A stretch of 64,000 nucleotides of DNA from positions 62,001 through 126,000 of IMG/VR virus record IMGVR_UViG_3300020810_001156; one strand, written 5' to 3'. This document shows, piece by piece, positions 27,591-36,848 of the stretch; the first letter of the stretch is position 1, and each line of letters opens with the position of its first letter. Under the pieces are notes generated by a model. That model was not told the DNA's origin. It made no database searches and saw nothing but the letters and a program-made list of their open reading frames with translations. A program made the position numbers and the translations under genes.

Positions 27591-27959
27591 ATGGCAAAAG
27601 AAAGCAAACAACAAATTGAATTACTTACTATTGATTTAGGTGAGAGTACAATCGGTTCTATCAAAGAAAAAAATGCAAAGATTAACGATATCGTTAATGC
27701 ATTTGGTCAAATCTATCTTCGTAAAAAAGAATTAAACGAAGAGTTAGAAAAGTTAGAAACAACTTTACAACAAGCTGAAGCTGATTTTAAAGAATCAAAC
27801 GATGCTTTAAGAGAAGAATTAAGTGCATTGGATAAAGAGTATCCAAGAGGACAGATAAACCTTAAAGAAGGTACACTAACATACAACCCAGCTATCAAAG
27901 AGCAGATGAATCAGCAAAACGCAAATTTAACATCTGATAATATAGAAGTGGTAAAGTAA
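27591..27959 (+). CDS. Small coiled-coil hypothetical protein, paralog of 22739..23011
   Basis: Shared C-terminal YPxGQIxLxxGTxTY motif. Confidence 0.7.
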   Translation: MAKESKQQIELLTIDLGESTIGSIKEKNAKINDIVNAFGQIYLRKKELNEELEKLETTLQQAEADFKESNDALREELSALDKEYPRGQINLKEGTLTYNPAIKEQMNQQNANLTSDNIEVVK

Positions 27960-27967
27960 GAAACCTT

Positions 27968-27976
27968 ATATTTATA
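27968..27976 (+). promoter_or_regulatory. Putative phage late promoter (ATATTTATA)
   Basis: Recurrent motif 28 nt before ATG 28005. Confidence 0.6.
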
Positions 27977-28004
27977 TAGTACAAAGGAAATAGTACTATA
28001 TCAG

Positions 28005-31000
28005 ATGAACGAACTATCTCAATTTTTAGTAGAGAGTATATTAGGAGAAGCGGACAGTGTAGACAACATCGTTGTAGTTTACGCTGGCCGCTTTCAACCT
28101 TTTCATAAAGGTCATTACGCAACCTATTCCCACTTAGTAAAAAAGTTTGGAAAAAACAATGTGTATATCGGTACATCCAACAAAACCGATAATAATAAAT
28201 CCCCATTCAACTTCAAAGAAAAGGTAATGATTATTACCAAAATGTTTGGGATTCCAAAAAACAAAATTGTTCAAGTTAAAAATCCCTATGTACCAACTGA
28301 GGTATTAACGAAGTTTGATAAAGATACAACTGCATTTATTACTGTTGTAGGTAAAAAGGATGCAAGTAGATTAGGTGGTAAGTTTTTTACTCCTTATAAA
28401 GATGGTATCGATTTCGAAGGATACGAAGATAGAGGATATGTTTACATCGCACCCGAAGGTGGTGGGGGTGTAAGTGGAACTGAAGTTCGTAACGGATTAT
28501 CATCAGGTTCAGAAGAAGATAAGAAAAACTTTTTTGTAAAAAGAGCATATCCAAAATTTGATAAAAAGATATTTGATTTCATAACTAACACACTAAATGA
28601 AGAATTTAGTATTTCAAAAGAAATAGTAGAAAATTGGTTAATAGCTGAAGGTAGTGATTTAATCAAAGAGGCATCTAAAGTTTTAGGTTCACAAGAAGTT
28701 GATGATGGTCCAAACTTTTTATTTCCATCGTATGCAATATTCGATAGAGTTTCCCAAAAAAGAGCAGAACAAATTGGATACACTGTTTTATCTCAGATTA
28801 TGAGTGCGGAACTTACTGATATTGACCCACATCCAATTTATCCTGATGGGCCTGTAAAAGCAGTAACTCCATTTCCAGCTGGTGTAGCTGGTAAAACAAC
28901 TGCAACTAACCAAAAGGATTACTATGGTTCAATTGCATATGATAAATGGTGGAAGCATGTAACTCGAACCGCTGGTTTAGTTGGATATTCTTTAATTGAT
29001 TACATTGATTTGGAGGTTGATAGAAAAGAATCAACTAAAGATTTATCACAAGAAAAGAAACCAGTTAGTAACACACTCAAAGAAGATATCAAACTTCCAG
29101 TAAATGTGGGTGATACAATCTTAACGGGTAGATTTAAAAATAAAAAGACAGTTGTTAAAACTATTGGTAAAGATGAACATGGGATGCCAACAATCAATGG
29201 TAGAAAAGTTGTAAACTTTAGAATCTTAAAAGAAGGTGTACAAGTTCAATTGGATGAAATCCCAATGGCTGATTTACAAAAGATTGACCAATATGCAGAT
29301 AAACAGCTTAATCCAGTTGATGTAGTTTTAACCGATAAGCATTTCTTTGATAGATTAACTGACCCAAGAAATAAAAAACCAATATCACCTGCAGAACTAA
29401 TTGGATTCTTTAAAAGATTAGGAAAGAAGAAAAAAGATTTCTTAAACTTCTTACAATTGTACGGACAAATTGTAGCAAAGGATAATAGAAGTAAAATCAA
29501 CATTCCATTTATGAAACAAGCGAATAAAGTAATCGCTAAGACCGTAATGAGAAAAGATGATTTTAAAACACCAGACCCAGAATATAAATTCGAAGGTGTA
29601 AATGATTTCTTCTATATGGATTTCAAAAAATGGGCACATAAAAATAGAGCAAAAATCAATAAAATGGATTATGAAGATAAGATTGAATTCTTATCAGATA
29701 AATACATGAAAGACCACGGAAAGTGGCATAGGGGAGAAAGTCCTGATTATATTGGCGCTGAGTTAGTTCACTTATTGGTAAAAGATAGAATTATCAAAGA
29801 AGGATTGGCAATGGGTTATCCAGACCAAAAATGGTTAGATGACCACGAAAAGAAATTAAAAAAATTAAGAAAGAAATTTGATAAAGAAAAACTTCAGTAT
29901 AATGAACCATTCGCATTAGGTGGTGGTATTACTGAATCATTGATTTTGGAAGGAGGTGCTTATGGACATATGAATCACCCATTCGATACCGAAATCAATT
30001 TAACTTTTGGACAATTAAAAGATATCGTAAATAGAGCTTTAGAGGGTAATTTAGAACTCACTAGAGAAAAGACCGATGGTCAAGCATTAGCAGTTAGTTG
30101 GAGAGATGGGAGATTAGTTGCAGCGAGAAATAAAGGACATTTGAAAAACAAAGGAGCTGGAGCATTAGATATCAATGGTGTAGCGATGAAGTTTGCTGGT
30201 AGAGGAGAATTGGAAAAGGCGTATAACTTCGCAATGAAAGATTTAACGAAGGCAATATCTAAGTTGAGTGAAAAGCAGAGAGATAAGATTTTCAAAGGAG
30301 GAGCATGTTTTATGAATTTGGAGGTAATCTATCCAACTTCTGTTAATGTAATACCTTACGGACAAGCACTATTAGTATTCCACGGAACAATGGAATACAA
30401 TGAGGATGGTATCGCAATTGGTGAGAACCAAGATGCAGCGAGAATGTTGGCAGGTATGATTAAACAAATCAATGCAGATGTTCAATCCGCTTACACAATC
30501 CAAGGCCCACCAGTAGTTCAATTACCTAAATCCAAAAACCTTTCTTCACTCAAAGGAAAGTATAATGGACAAATCTCAAAACTACAATCTAAATTTAAGT
30601 TAAAAGATAACGATGGAATCGCTGATTATCATCAAGCATTTTGGATGGATTTTGTGAATAAGAAATCACCATCTAAGTTAGATAACAAAACTCTAATGGG
30701 ATTAGTAAAGAGATGGGCATTCTATGATAAATCATTCAGATTAGATAATAAGAATATTACTGATGAAAAAACATTAGAATGGGCAAAGGGAATTGATAAG
30801 AATGACCACGCTAAAATGGCTAAAGATAACATCAGACCATTTGAAGATATCTTCTTAGGTTTAGGAGCAGAAGTACTTTCATTTATGAGTTCAGCACTAA
30901 CTGTTAATCCTGATAGTGCAGTTAGAGATATGAAAAAGAGATTAGACCAAACCATTAAAGATGTAAGAAAATCAGGTGACCCTAAGAAAGTAAAAAAACT

Positions 31001-31151
31001 AAAATTAGAATTGGAAAGATTAAATTCTATCGGAGGAAAGAATAAAATTGTTCCAAACGAAGGAATCGTATTTGTGTATGGTGGGAAAACTTTCAAACTA
31101 ACGGGCACATTCGCACCTCTCAATCAGATTCTTGGGTTATTTTACGAATAG
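28005..31151 (+). CDS. Multidomain protein: HIGH-type nucleotidyltransferase + small internal modules + ATP-dependent ligase-like nucleotidyltransferase domain
   Basis: GRFQPFHKGH near the N-terminus; C-terminal domain from about 29952 with EKTDG (motif I KxDG), NEGIVF (motif IV-like) and FKLTG (motif V-like). Confidence 0.65.
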   Translation: MNELSQFLVESILGEADSVDNIVVVYAGRFQPFHKGHYATYSHLVKKFGKNNVYIGTSNKTDNNKSPFNFKEKVMIITKMFGIPKNKIVQVKNPYVPTEVLTKFDKDTTAFITVVGKKDASRLGGKFFTPYKDGIDFEGYEDRGYVYIAPEGGGGVSGTEVRNGLSSGSEEDKKNFFVKRAYPKFDKKIFDFITNTLNEEFSISKEIVENWLIAEGSDLIKEASKVLGSQEVDDGPNFLFPSYAIFDRVSQKRAEQIGYTVLSQIMSAELTDIDPHPIYPDGPVKAVTPFPAGVAGKTTATNQKDYYGSIAYDKWWKHVTRTAGLVGYSLIDYIDLEVDRKESTKDLSQEKKPVSNTLKEDIKLPVNVGDTILTGRFKNKKTVVKTIGKDEHGMPTINGRKVVNFRILKEGVQVQLDEIPMADLQKIDQYADKQLNPVDVVLTDKHFFDRLTDPRNKKPISPAELIGFFKRLGKKKKDFLNFLQLYGQIVAKDNRSKINIPFMKQANKVIAKTVMRKDDFKTPDPEYKFEGVNDFFYMDFKKWAHKNRAKINKMDYEDKIEFLSDKYMKDHGKWHRGESPDYIGAELVHLLVKDRIIKEGLAMGYPDQKWLDDHEKKLKKLRKKFDKEKLQYNEPFALGGGITESLILEGGAYGHMNHPFDTEINLTFGQLKDIVNRALEGNLELTREKTDGQALAVSWRDGRLVAARNKGHLKNKGAGALDINGVAMKFAGRGELEKAYNFAMKDLTKAISKLSEKQRDKIFKGGACFMNLEVIYPTSVNVIPYGQALLVFHGTMEYNEDGIAIGENQDAARMLAGMIKQINADVQSAYTIQGPPVVQLPKSKNLSSLKGKYNGQISKLQSKFKLKDNDGIADYHQAFWMDFVNKKSPSKLDNKTLMGLVKRWAFYDKSFRLDNKNITDEKTLEWAKGIDKNDHAKMAKDNIRPFEDIFLGLGAEVLSFMSSALTVNPDSAVRDMKKRLDQTIKDVRKSGDPKKVKKLKLELERLNSIGGKNKIVPNEGIVFVYGGKTFKLTGTFAPLNQILGLFYE

Positions 31152-31162
31152 TAAAAAACTTA

Positions 31163-31171
31163 ATACTTATA
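31163..31171 (+). promoter_or_regulatory. Putative phage late promoter (ATACTTATA)
   Basis: Recurrent motif 25 nt before ATG 31197. Confidence 0.55.
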
Positions 31172-31196
31172 TATATGGATATATAAGTTACATAAT

Positions 31197-31868
31197 ATGG
31201 CTGAGAAACAATTCAATAAAAAATTCATGCATCCAACTCGTAGGAAGTTGGTAAATATGATTCAAACTGGTGAGTATGATAAGGATACTCAAATTTCACT
31301 TTCTAATATCAAAGAAACAACTAAAAGAGAAGTTGGTGATATTTGGGAAGAGAATGGTGTAGTTTGGGAACAAAAATCATATGGTAAAGTAAAACAATCA
31401 AAAGCATCTTCAGAATTAGCCTCAGTTAGAAAGTTTTTATCAAAATTAGCTGAATGTAAATCGGAAGATTGTGATAAATTAAAATATGGACCTACTGATA
31501 AAAAGTTAATTAGTAAGACAGGTTATTGTTCTAAGTGCTTATCGGAGAGGGAATCTATTATAAAAAAAGATGGATTGTGGGAAGCTTACAATGAATATAA
31601 AGTGTATTCAAACATGGCGGCGTATGGAACCGAAGTCCTACAAAAATGGAATCTGGCTTTAAATGAAGTTACCAACATTCACGAATATGTGAATGATGAT
31701 GGCTCCATAGAAAAATGGTCATCCAATGAAGATGTACAAACTTTAAAATCTCAAATTGAAACAGATATAGAGAATGGTAAAAAAGAACTTACTGAAGTTA
31801 TTGAAAAGAGAAACGCTGCCTATGAGAAATTAAAAGATAGAAATTATGAGTTGGTTAAAGAAATTTGA
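31197..31868 (+). CDS. Hypothetical protein with a possible Zn-binding Cys cluster
   Basis: CKSEDC...YCSKC; coiled-coil-like C-terminus. Confidence 0.7.
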   Translation: MAEKQFNKKFMHPTRRKLVNMIQTGEYDKDTQISLSNIKETTKREVGDIWEENGVVWEQKSYGKVKQSKASSELASVRKFLSKLAECKSEDCDKLKYGPTDKKLISKTGYCSKCLSERESIIKKDGLWEAYNEYKVYSNMAAYGTEVLQKWNLALNEVTNIHEYVNDDGSIEKWSSNEDVQTLKSQIETDIENGKKELTEVIEKRNAAYEKLKDRNYELVKEI

Positions 31869-32529
31869 TTTAAAAACAATAATGATAATGGCACTATGTG
31901 TGGTATTATTATTAAGAAGTTGTGGTGGTGAAGAAGAAGATAAAGAAATTATAAATGTAGGTGGTAAAGATTATGAGTTATTGGAACAAAAAGTAGATAC
32001 TGTTGTTGTAGAAAAAACAGTAAAAGTTCCAACATATATACCAAAATACATCACTAAAGTAGAAACAGTTGAAGTAGAAGTACCAATCGATATTGATACT
32101 TTGAAAATCGTAGAAGATTATTTCGCAAAATACGAAGTAAAGGATACACTTAATCTTACATATGATTTTCCAAAAGGTATTACTGATTCATTAGGACAAA
32201 AACCAAATCCAACTTTAGGGTATGGTATCCTAACTGATATCATTTCACAAAACCAAATTCAATCAAGAGATGTGGATTGGTTCTTCCAAATCCCAACTGT
32301 TTATAATACAACGATTGTAAAAGAATTACCTAAGAACGAATTTTATTGGGGATTAAACGGAGGATTCAACAAAGAAGATGTAATCAGTAATGTTGGCGCT
32401 GGGTTAATCCTAAAAAGTAAAAAGAATAATCTATATCAATTAGGTTTAGGTATTCAAAACAATTCTAATACCTCACAACTTGCACCATTTGTTACAGGTG
32501 GTATGTATTGGAAAATCGGAAAAAAATAA
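31846..32529 (+). CDS. Putative membrane lipoprotein (signal peptide II) with a beta-strand-rich C-terminus
   Basis: Basic N-terminus, hydrophobic IMIMALCVVLLLRS, lipobox-like Cys, acidic GGEEED; C-terminal alternating strands ending FVTGGMYWKIGKK. Confidence 0.55.
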   Translation: MSWLKKFDLKTIMIMALCVVLLLRSCGGEEEDKEIINVGGKDYELLEQKVDTVVVEKTVKVPTYIPKYITKVETVEVEVPIDIDTLKIVEDYFAKYEVKDTLNLTYDFPKGITDSLGQKPNPTLGYGILTDIISQNQIQSRDVDWFFQIPTVYNTTIVKELPKNEFYWGLNGGFNKEDVISNVGAGLILKSKKNNLYQLGLGIQNNSNTSQLAPFVTGGMYWKIGKK

Positions 32530-32536
32530 ATAGATT

Positions 32537-34117
32537 TTGGCACAAAAGAAATCATTAAAAGAGATTATAGCGGTAGAGTACAAAAAATGTGCTTCTGACC
32601 CTATATACTTTATGAAAAAGTATTGTATGATTCAACATCCGGTGAGAGGAAAAATTCCCTTTCACCTTTTTCCGTTTCAAGAAACTACTTTAACTGATTT
32701 CAAAGACCATAGATATAATATTATTCTTAAATCCAGACAAACTGGTATTTCAACCTTAACTGCTGGATTCTCACTTTGGAAAATGTTATTTAATGATGAT
32801 TACAATGTATTGGTAATTGCAACTAAACAAGAGGTTGCTAAAAACTTAGTAACTAAAGTAAGAGTGATGAATCAGTATCTTCCAAGTTGGTTAAAGTTAA
32901 CAACTGTTGAAGATAACAAACTATCCTTACGATATTCAAATGGTTCACAAATCAAAGCAACTTCAGCAGCAGGAGATGCGGGTCGTTCTGAAGCACTATC
33001 CTTATTGGTATTTGATGAGGCAGCATTTATCGATAAGATTGAAGAGATTTGGGTATCTGCACAATCTACTTTATCAACGGGTGGTTCTGCAATTATCCTT
33101 TCAACACCAAATGGTGTGGGTAACTTCTTCCACAAAACTTGGGTAGGTTCTGAAGATGGAACAAATGGGTTTAATAATATTAGATTACATTGGAGTGTAC
33201 ATCCAGAAAGAGACCAAAGTTGGAGAGATGAACAAGAAACACTATTAGGACCAAAGGGAGCAGCACAAGAATGTGATTGTGATTTTGTGTCTTCTGGTGA
33301 TTCAGTAATTGACCCACAAGTTCTTCAATTCTATAAAGAAACTTATGTACAAGAACCTATTGAAAAGGGTGGGTTCGATGGAAACTTATGGAAATGGCAA
33401 TTTCCCGATTATAATAAATCATATATAGTTGTAGCGGATGTTGCGAGAGGTGATTCATCGGATTACTCAGCAGCCCATGTTATTGATGTTGAAGCATCTG
33501 AACAAGTAGCTGAATATAGAGGTAAGTTAGATACCAAAGATTTTGGTAATTTCTTAGTATCTCTATCAACTGAATATAACAACGCATTGTTAGTAATTGA
33601 GAACGCTAATATTGGTTGGGCAACGATTCAACAAGTTATTGATAGAAACTATGGAAACCTTTATTATATGAGTAAGGATTTAAAGTATGTAGATACTGAA
33701 CATCAACACTCAAATAGATATCGTTCTCAAGATAAAAGTATGGTTGCGGGATTCTCAACCACCTCAAGAACTCGACCTTTAATTGTTTCAAAGTTGGAAG
33801 AGTATATAAGGGAAAAATCAATCATCATTCGTTCAGTTAGAACTATTGATGAATTGTTCACATTTATATGGATGAATGGTAGAGCTGAAGCAATGAGAGG
33901 TTATAACGATGACCTTACAATGTCTTTGGCTATTTCACTTTGGGTGAGGGATACTGCTCTGAGATTGAGACAAGAAGGTATTGATTTAACCAAACAGGCA
34001 ATCAATAGTATTTCATCATATACTTATAGTGGGGTGTATGGTGGAAACGATTCTGATGATAACCCTTGGCAGATGCAAATCGGAGATGATATCGAAGATT
34101 TATCTAAATGGTTATAA
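32537..34117 (+). CDS. gp17: Terminase large subunit (T4 gp17-like)
   Basis: TTG start; KSRQTGIST (Walker A), LLVFDEAAF (Walker B), ILSTPNG, nuclease ADVARG and YNDDL. Confidence 0.93.
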   Translation: MAQKKSLKEIIAVEYKKCASDPIYFMKKYCMIQHPVRGKIPFHLFPFQETTLTDFKDHRYNIILKSRQTGISTLTAGFSLWKMLFNDDYNVLVIATKQEVAKNLVTKVRVMNQYLPSWLKLTTVEDNKLSLRYSNGSQIKATSAAGDAGRSEALSLLVFDEAAFIDKIEEIWVSAQSTLSTGGSAIILSTPNGVGNFFHKTWVGSEDGTNGFNNIRLHWSVHPERDQSWRDEQETLLGPKGAAQECDCDFVSSGDSVIDPQVLQFYKETYVQEPIEKGGFDGNLWKWQFPDYNKSYIVVADVARGDSSDYSAAHVIDVEASEQVAEYRGKLDTKDFGNFLVSLSTEYNNALLVIENANIGWATIQQVIDRNYGNLYYMSKDLKYVDTEHQHSNRYRSQDKSMVAGFSTTSRTRPLIVSKLEEYIREKSIIIRSVRTIDELFTFIWMNGRAEAMRGYNDDLTMSLAISLWVRDTALRLRQEGIDLTKQAINSISSYTYSGVYGGNDSDDNPWQMQIGDDIEDLSKWL

Positions 34118-34129
34118 ATTTAGTTTTTA

Positions 34130-34138
34130 ATATTTATA
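34130..34138 (+). promoter_or_regulatory. Putative phage late promoter (ATATTTATA)
   Basis: Recurrent motif right after the terminase stop; only 6 nt before ATG 34145. Confidence 0.5.
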
Positions 34139-34144
34139 CAGTAT

Positions 34145-34720
34145 ATGTATAGTTTGAGTAATAATATTATATTGGAATGTAACGAAAGTAACCTTTCGGA
34201 GGCACTACAATATCATATAGATACTAACACACCTTTGGTGGAGAATGTATTTAGATATGGTTCAAAGGGTTATTTCGAACTATATAATGAGGCACGTTCT
34301 TTGTATAATGAAGGAAAACTGAACTCTATTGATGAGGATGATATTTGGTTATTAGAATCTGATTTAGGTAAGTGGGGAATTTATGAAGGAAAAAAAGTTC
34401 TTTTAGATTTTCCAATGGAGATTAATGAGGCAGAATATAATGGAAAGAAAGTAAATCTCAATAAACCACAAAGAAGTTCAGGTCCTAAGAAATATCAAGT
34501 TTATGTTAAGAACAAAAAAGGAAATGTAATTAAGGTAAACTTTGGTGATGCAAAGGGTGGATTATCTGCAAAGATTTCTGACAAGGATGCTAGAAAGGCA
34601 TTTGCGGATAGACATAATTGTAGTGATAAAAAAGATAGAACCAAAGCTGGGTATTGGTCTTGTAACCTACCTCGTTATGGTAAATCTTTAGGTATTACTC
34701 AAGGTAATTTCTATTGGTAA
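34145..34720 (+). CDS. Hypothetical protein (possible internal head protein) with a C-terminal RHNC...YWSC module
   Basis: 191-aa ORF; acidic N-terminal half with ILE/LSE/INE motifs, basic C-terminal half KKYQVYVK...VNFGD...FADRHNC...YWSC. Confidence 0.65.
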   Translation: MYSLSNNIILECNESNLSEALQYHIDTNTPLVENVFRYGSKGYFELYNEARSLYNEGKLNSIDEDDIWLLESDLGKWGIYEGKKVLLDFPMEINEAEYNGKKVNLNKPQRSSGPKKYQVYVKNKKGNVIKVNFGDAKGGLSAKISDKDARKAFADRHNCSDKKDRTKAGYWSCNLPRYGKSLGITQGNFYW

Positions 34721-34980
34721 TGAATCCATATAAAGAAGTTATTGAGAGTGATGTTATTGTAAGAACTTTTTCAGAAGATGTAGAATCTGAAGAATTGGTT
34801 TGGCATAGAGATAAAAACGATAGAGTAGTTGAAGTTATTCAATCCAATGGATGGAAGTTTCAAATGGATAACGAACTACCTAAAACTTTGAAAAGTGGAA
34901 ATGTAGTAGAAATACCAAAAGAAACTTTTCATAGAGTTATTAAGGGTGAGGGTGACCTCATAATTAAGATAAAAGAATAA
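34714..34980 (+). CDS. Small cupin-fold protein
   Basis: WHRDKNDRVVEV...IPKETFHRVIKGEGDL fits the cupin two-motif metal site. Confidence 0.55.
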   Translation: MVMNPYKEVIESDVIVRTFSEDVESEELVWHRDKNDRVVEVIQSNGWKFQMDNELPKTLKSGNVVEIPKETFHRVIKGEGDLIIKIKE

Positions 34981-35003
34981 AGGTTATAAAATAAGGAAAC
35001 AAA

Positions 35004-36764
35004 ATGGCAGAAGAGCAAAACAATAGTTCATTTTTTAATCGATTAACGAAACTCTTTTCTACTCAAGCAATCGTAAAGGTTGACAAGGATGGAAAGAGAA
35101 AAGTTGTTGATGTAGATGATAGACAGCAGGGTGGTACTAACTTAATGAATTTAAGAGATAGGTACACCAAACTACAAAGGTCTTTTTATGGAGACCAGAT
35201 GGCAGCTCAATCGATGGCATACCATCAAGTTCGTAGAGAACTATTCAGAGATTATGATGCTATGGATAATGACCCAATTATCTCATCGGCATTAGATATA
35301 TACGCAGATGAATGTACACTTAAAAACGAATTCGGTGAAGTTGTACAAATCAAATCAAAAAACGAAAAAGTAAAAGAAATATTAGAAAACCTTTTCTATG
35401 ATATTTTGAATATAGAATTTAACCTATGGTCTTGGACAAGAAATATGGTTAAGTATGGTGATTTCTTTTTACTACAAGAAATTCAACCAGGTGTTGGTAT
35501 TATAAATGTAAGACCACTTCCAGTTTACGAAACTGAAAGATTAGAGAATACTGACCCAACTAATACAAATTATATTAAGTTCAAAGTAAATCACGACCCA
35601 AATGGTAAAGGTGAGTATGAAAACTATGAGATTGTCCACTTCAGATTATTATCAGATACAAACTTCCTTCCTTACGGAAAGGCAATGATTGAGAATGGTA
35701 GAAGAATTTGGAAACAAGTTTCTTTGATGGAAGATGCAATGTTAATTCATAGAATTATGAGAGCACCGGATAAGAGAGTGTTCAAAATTGATATTGGTAA
35801 CATTCCACCACAAGAAGTTGATAACTACATGCAAAGAATTATCAACAAAATGAAGAAAACTCCATTTGTTGACAAAAAGACTGGTGATTATAACTTAAAG
35901 TATAATGTTCAAAACCTAACTGAAGATTTCTTCTTACCTGTTAGGGGTGGTGATAGTGGTACTCAAATTGATTCATTGGGTGGTTTAGAATATACTGCTA
36001 TCGATGATATTGATTACTTAAAGAACAAACTATTTGCAGCTCTCAAAATTCCAAAAGCATATTTGGGATATGATGAGAATGTAAATGGTAAAGCAACTCT
36101 TGCTGCAGAAGATGTGAGATTTGCAAGAACAATTGAAAGAATCCAAAGAACTCTTATTTCAGAGTTAACTAAATTAGCAGTAACTCACTTAGCTGCTCAA
36201 GGTATTGAAGGTGCTGAAATGGTAGATTTTGAATTAGATTTAGTAAATCCATCTACAATTTATGAGCAAGAAAAAGTAAATCTTTGGAGTGAGAAAGTTA
36301 GATTAGTTTCAGATATTCAGGGATTAAATATGGTATCTAAAGATTGGGCATACAAAAATATCTTTAACTTTAGTGATGATGAAGTTGGTTTCCAAAAAAC
36401 TCAACTTATCAATGATTTAAAAGATAGATTTAGATATCGTTCAATTGAAGATGAGGGTAATGACCCAGCAATGGAGACAGACCCAACTGATGTAGAGGAT
36501 GAATTGGAAGAATTAAAAACTGAATTAAAGAACAAAGGTGGTAGACCAAAAGAGGGAAACACCTATGGTAAAGATAAACATCCTTATGGGAGAGACCCAT
36601 TGGGTAAAAAAGAAAATCAAAAAGCGTTAAAGAAAACTGAATCAAAAGTTAGTAAAACTACGCATAAAGTTGCTAGAGAATATGTAAACGGAGTTTCAGC
36701 AAAACGAAGGTTGATGAGTGAAAACGGAGACTTTTTAGATGACGCAAATTTGATTGATGAATAA
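35004..36764 (+). CDS. gp20: Portal protein (T4 gp20-like)
   Basis: ISSALDIYADE, WKQVSLMEDAMLIHRIMRAPDKRVFKIDIGN, EDFFLPVRGG..GTQIDSLGG, ALKIPK, RFARTIERIQ. Confidence 0.93.
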   Translation: MAEEQNNSSFFNRLTKLFSTQAIVKVDKDGKRKVVDVDDRQQGGTNLMNLRDRYTKLQRSFYGDQMAAQSMAYHQVRRELFRDYDAMDNDPIISSALDIYADECTLKNEFGEVVQIKSKNEKVKEILENLFYDILNIEFNLWSWTRNMVKYGDFFLLQEIQPGVGIINVRPLPVYETERLENTDPTNTNYIKFKVNHDPNGKGEYENYEIVHFRLLSDTNFLPYGKAMIENGRRIWKQVSLMEDAMLIHRIMRAPDKRVFKIDIGNIPPQEVDNYMQRIINKMKKTPFVDKKTGDYNLKYNVQNLTEDFFLPVRGGDSGTQIDSLGGLEYTAIDDIDYLKNKLFAALKIPKAYLGYDENVNGKATLAAEDVRFARTIERIQRTLISELTKLAVTHLAAQGIEGAEMVDFELDLVNPSTIYEQEKVNLWSEKVRLVSDIQGLNMVSKDWAYKNIFNFSDDEVGFQKTQLINDLKDRFRYRSIEDEGNDPAMETDPTDVEDELEELKTELKNKGGRPKEGNTYGKDKHPYGRDPLGKKENQKALKKTESKVSKTTHKVAREYVNGVSAKRRLMSENGDFLDDANLIDE

Positions 36765-36789
36765 AAATTTAGGAAATCAAAATTAACTT

Positions 36790-36798
36790 ATATTTATA
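36790..36798 (+). promoter_or_regulatory. Putative phage late promoter (ATATTTATA)
   Basis: Recurrent motif upstream of ATG 36849. Confidence 0.55.
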
Positions 36799-36848
36799 TA
36801 CGATGTATTGTATCGTATATTGATATATTATTATAGGATAAAAACACA

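Noticed and set aside
31197-31868. Terminase small subunit
   Set aside because: Position near terL is suggestive, but no recognisable gp16/TerS motif is present.
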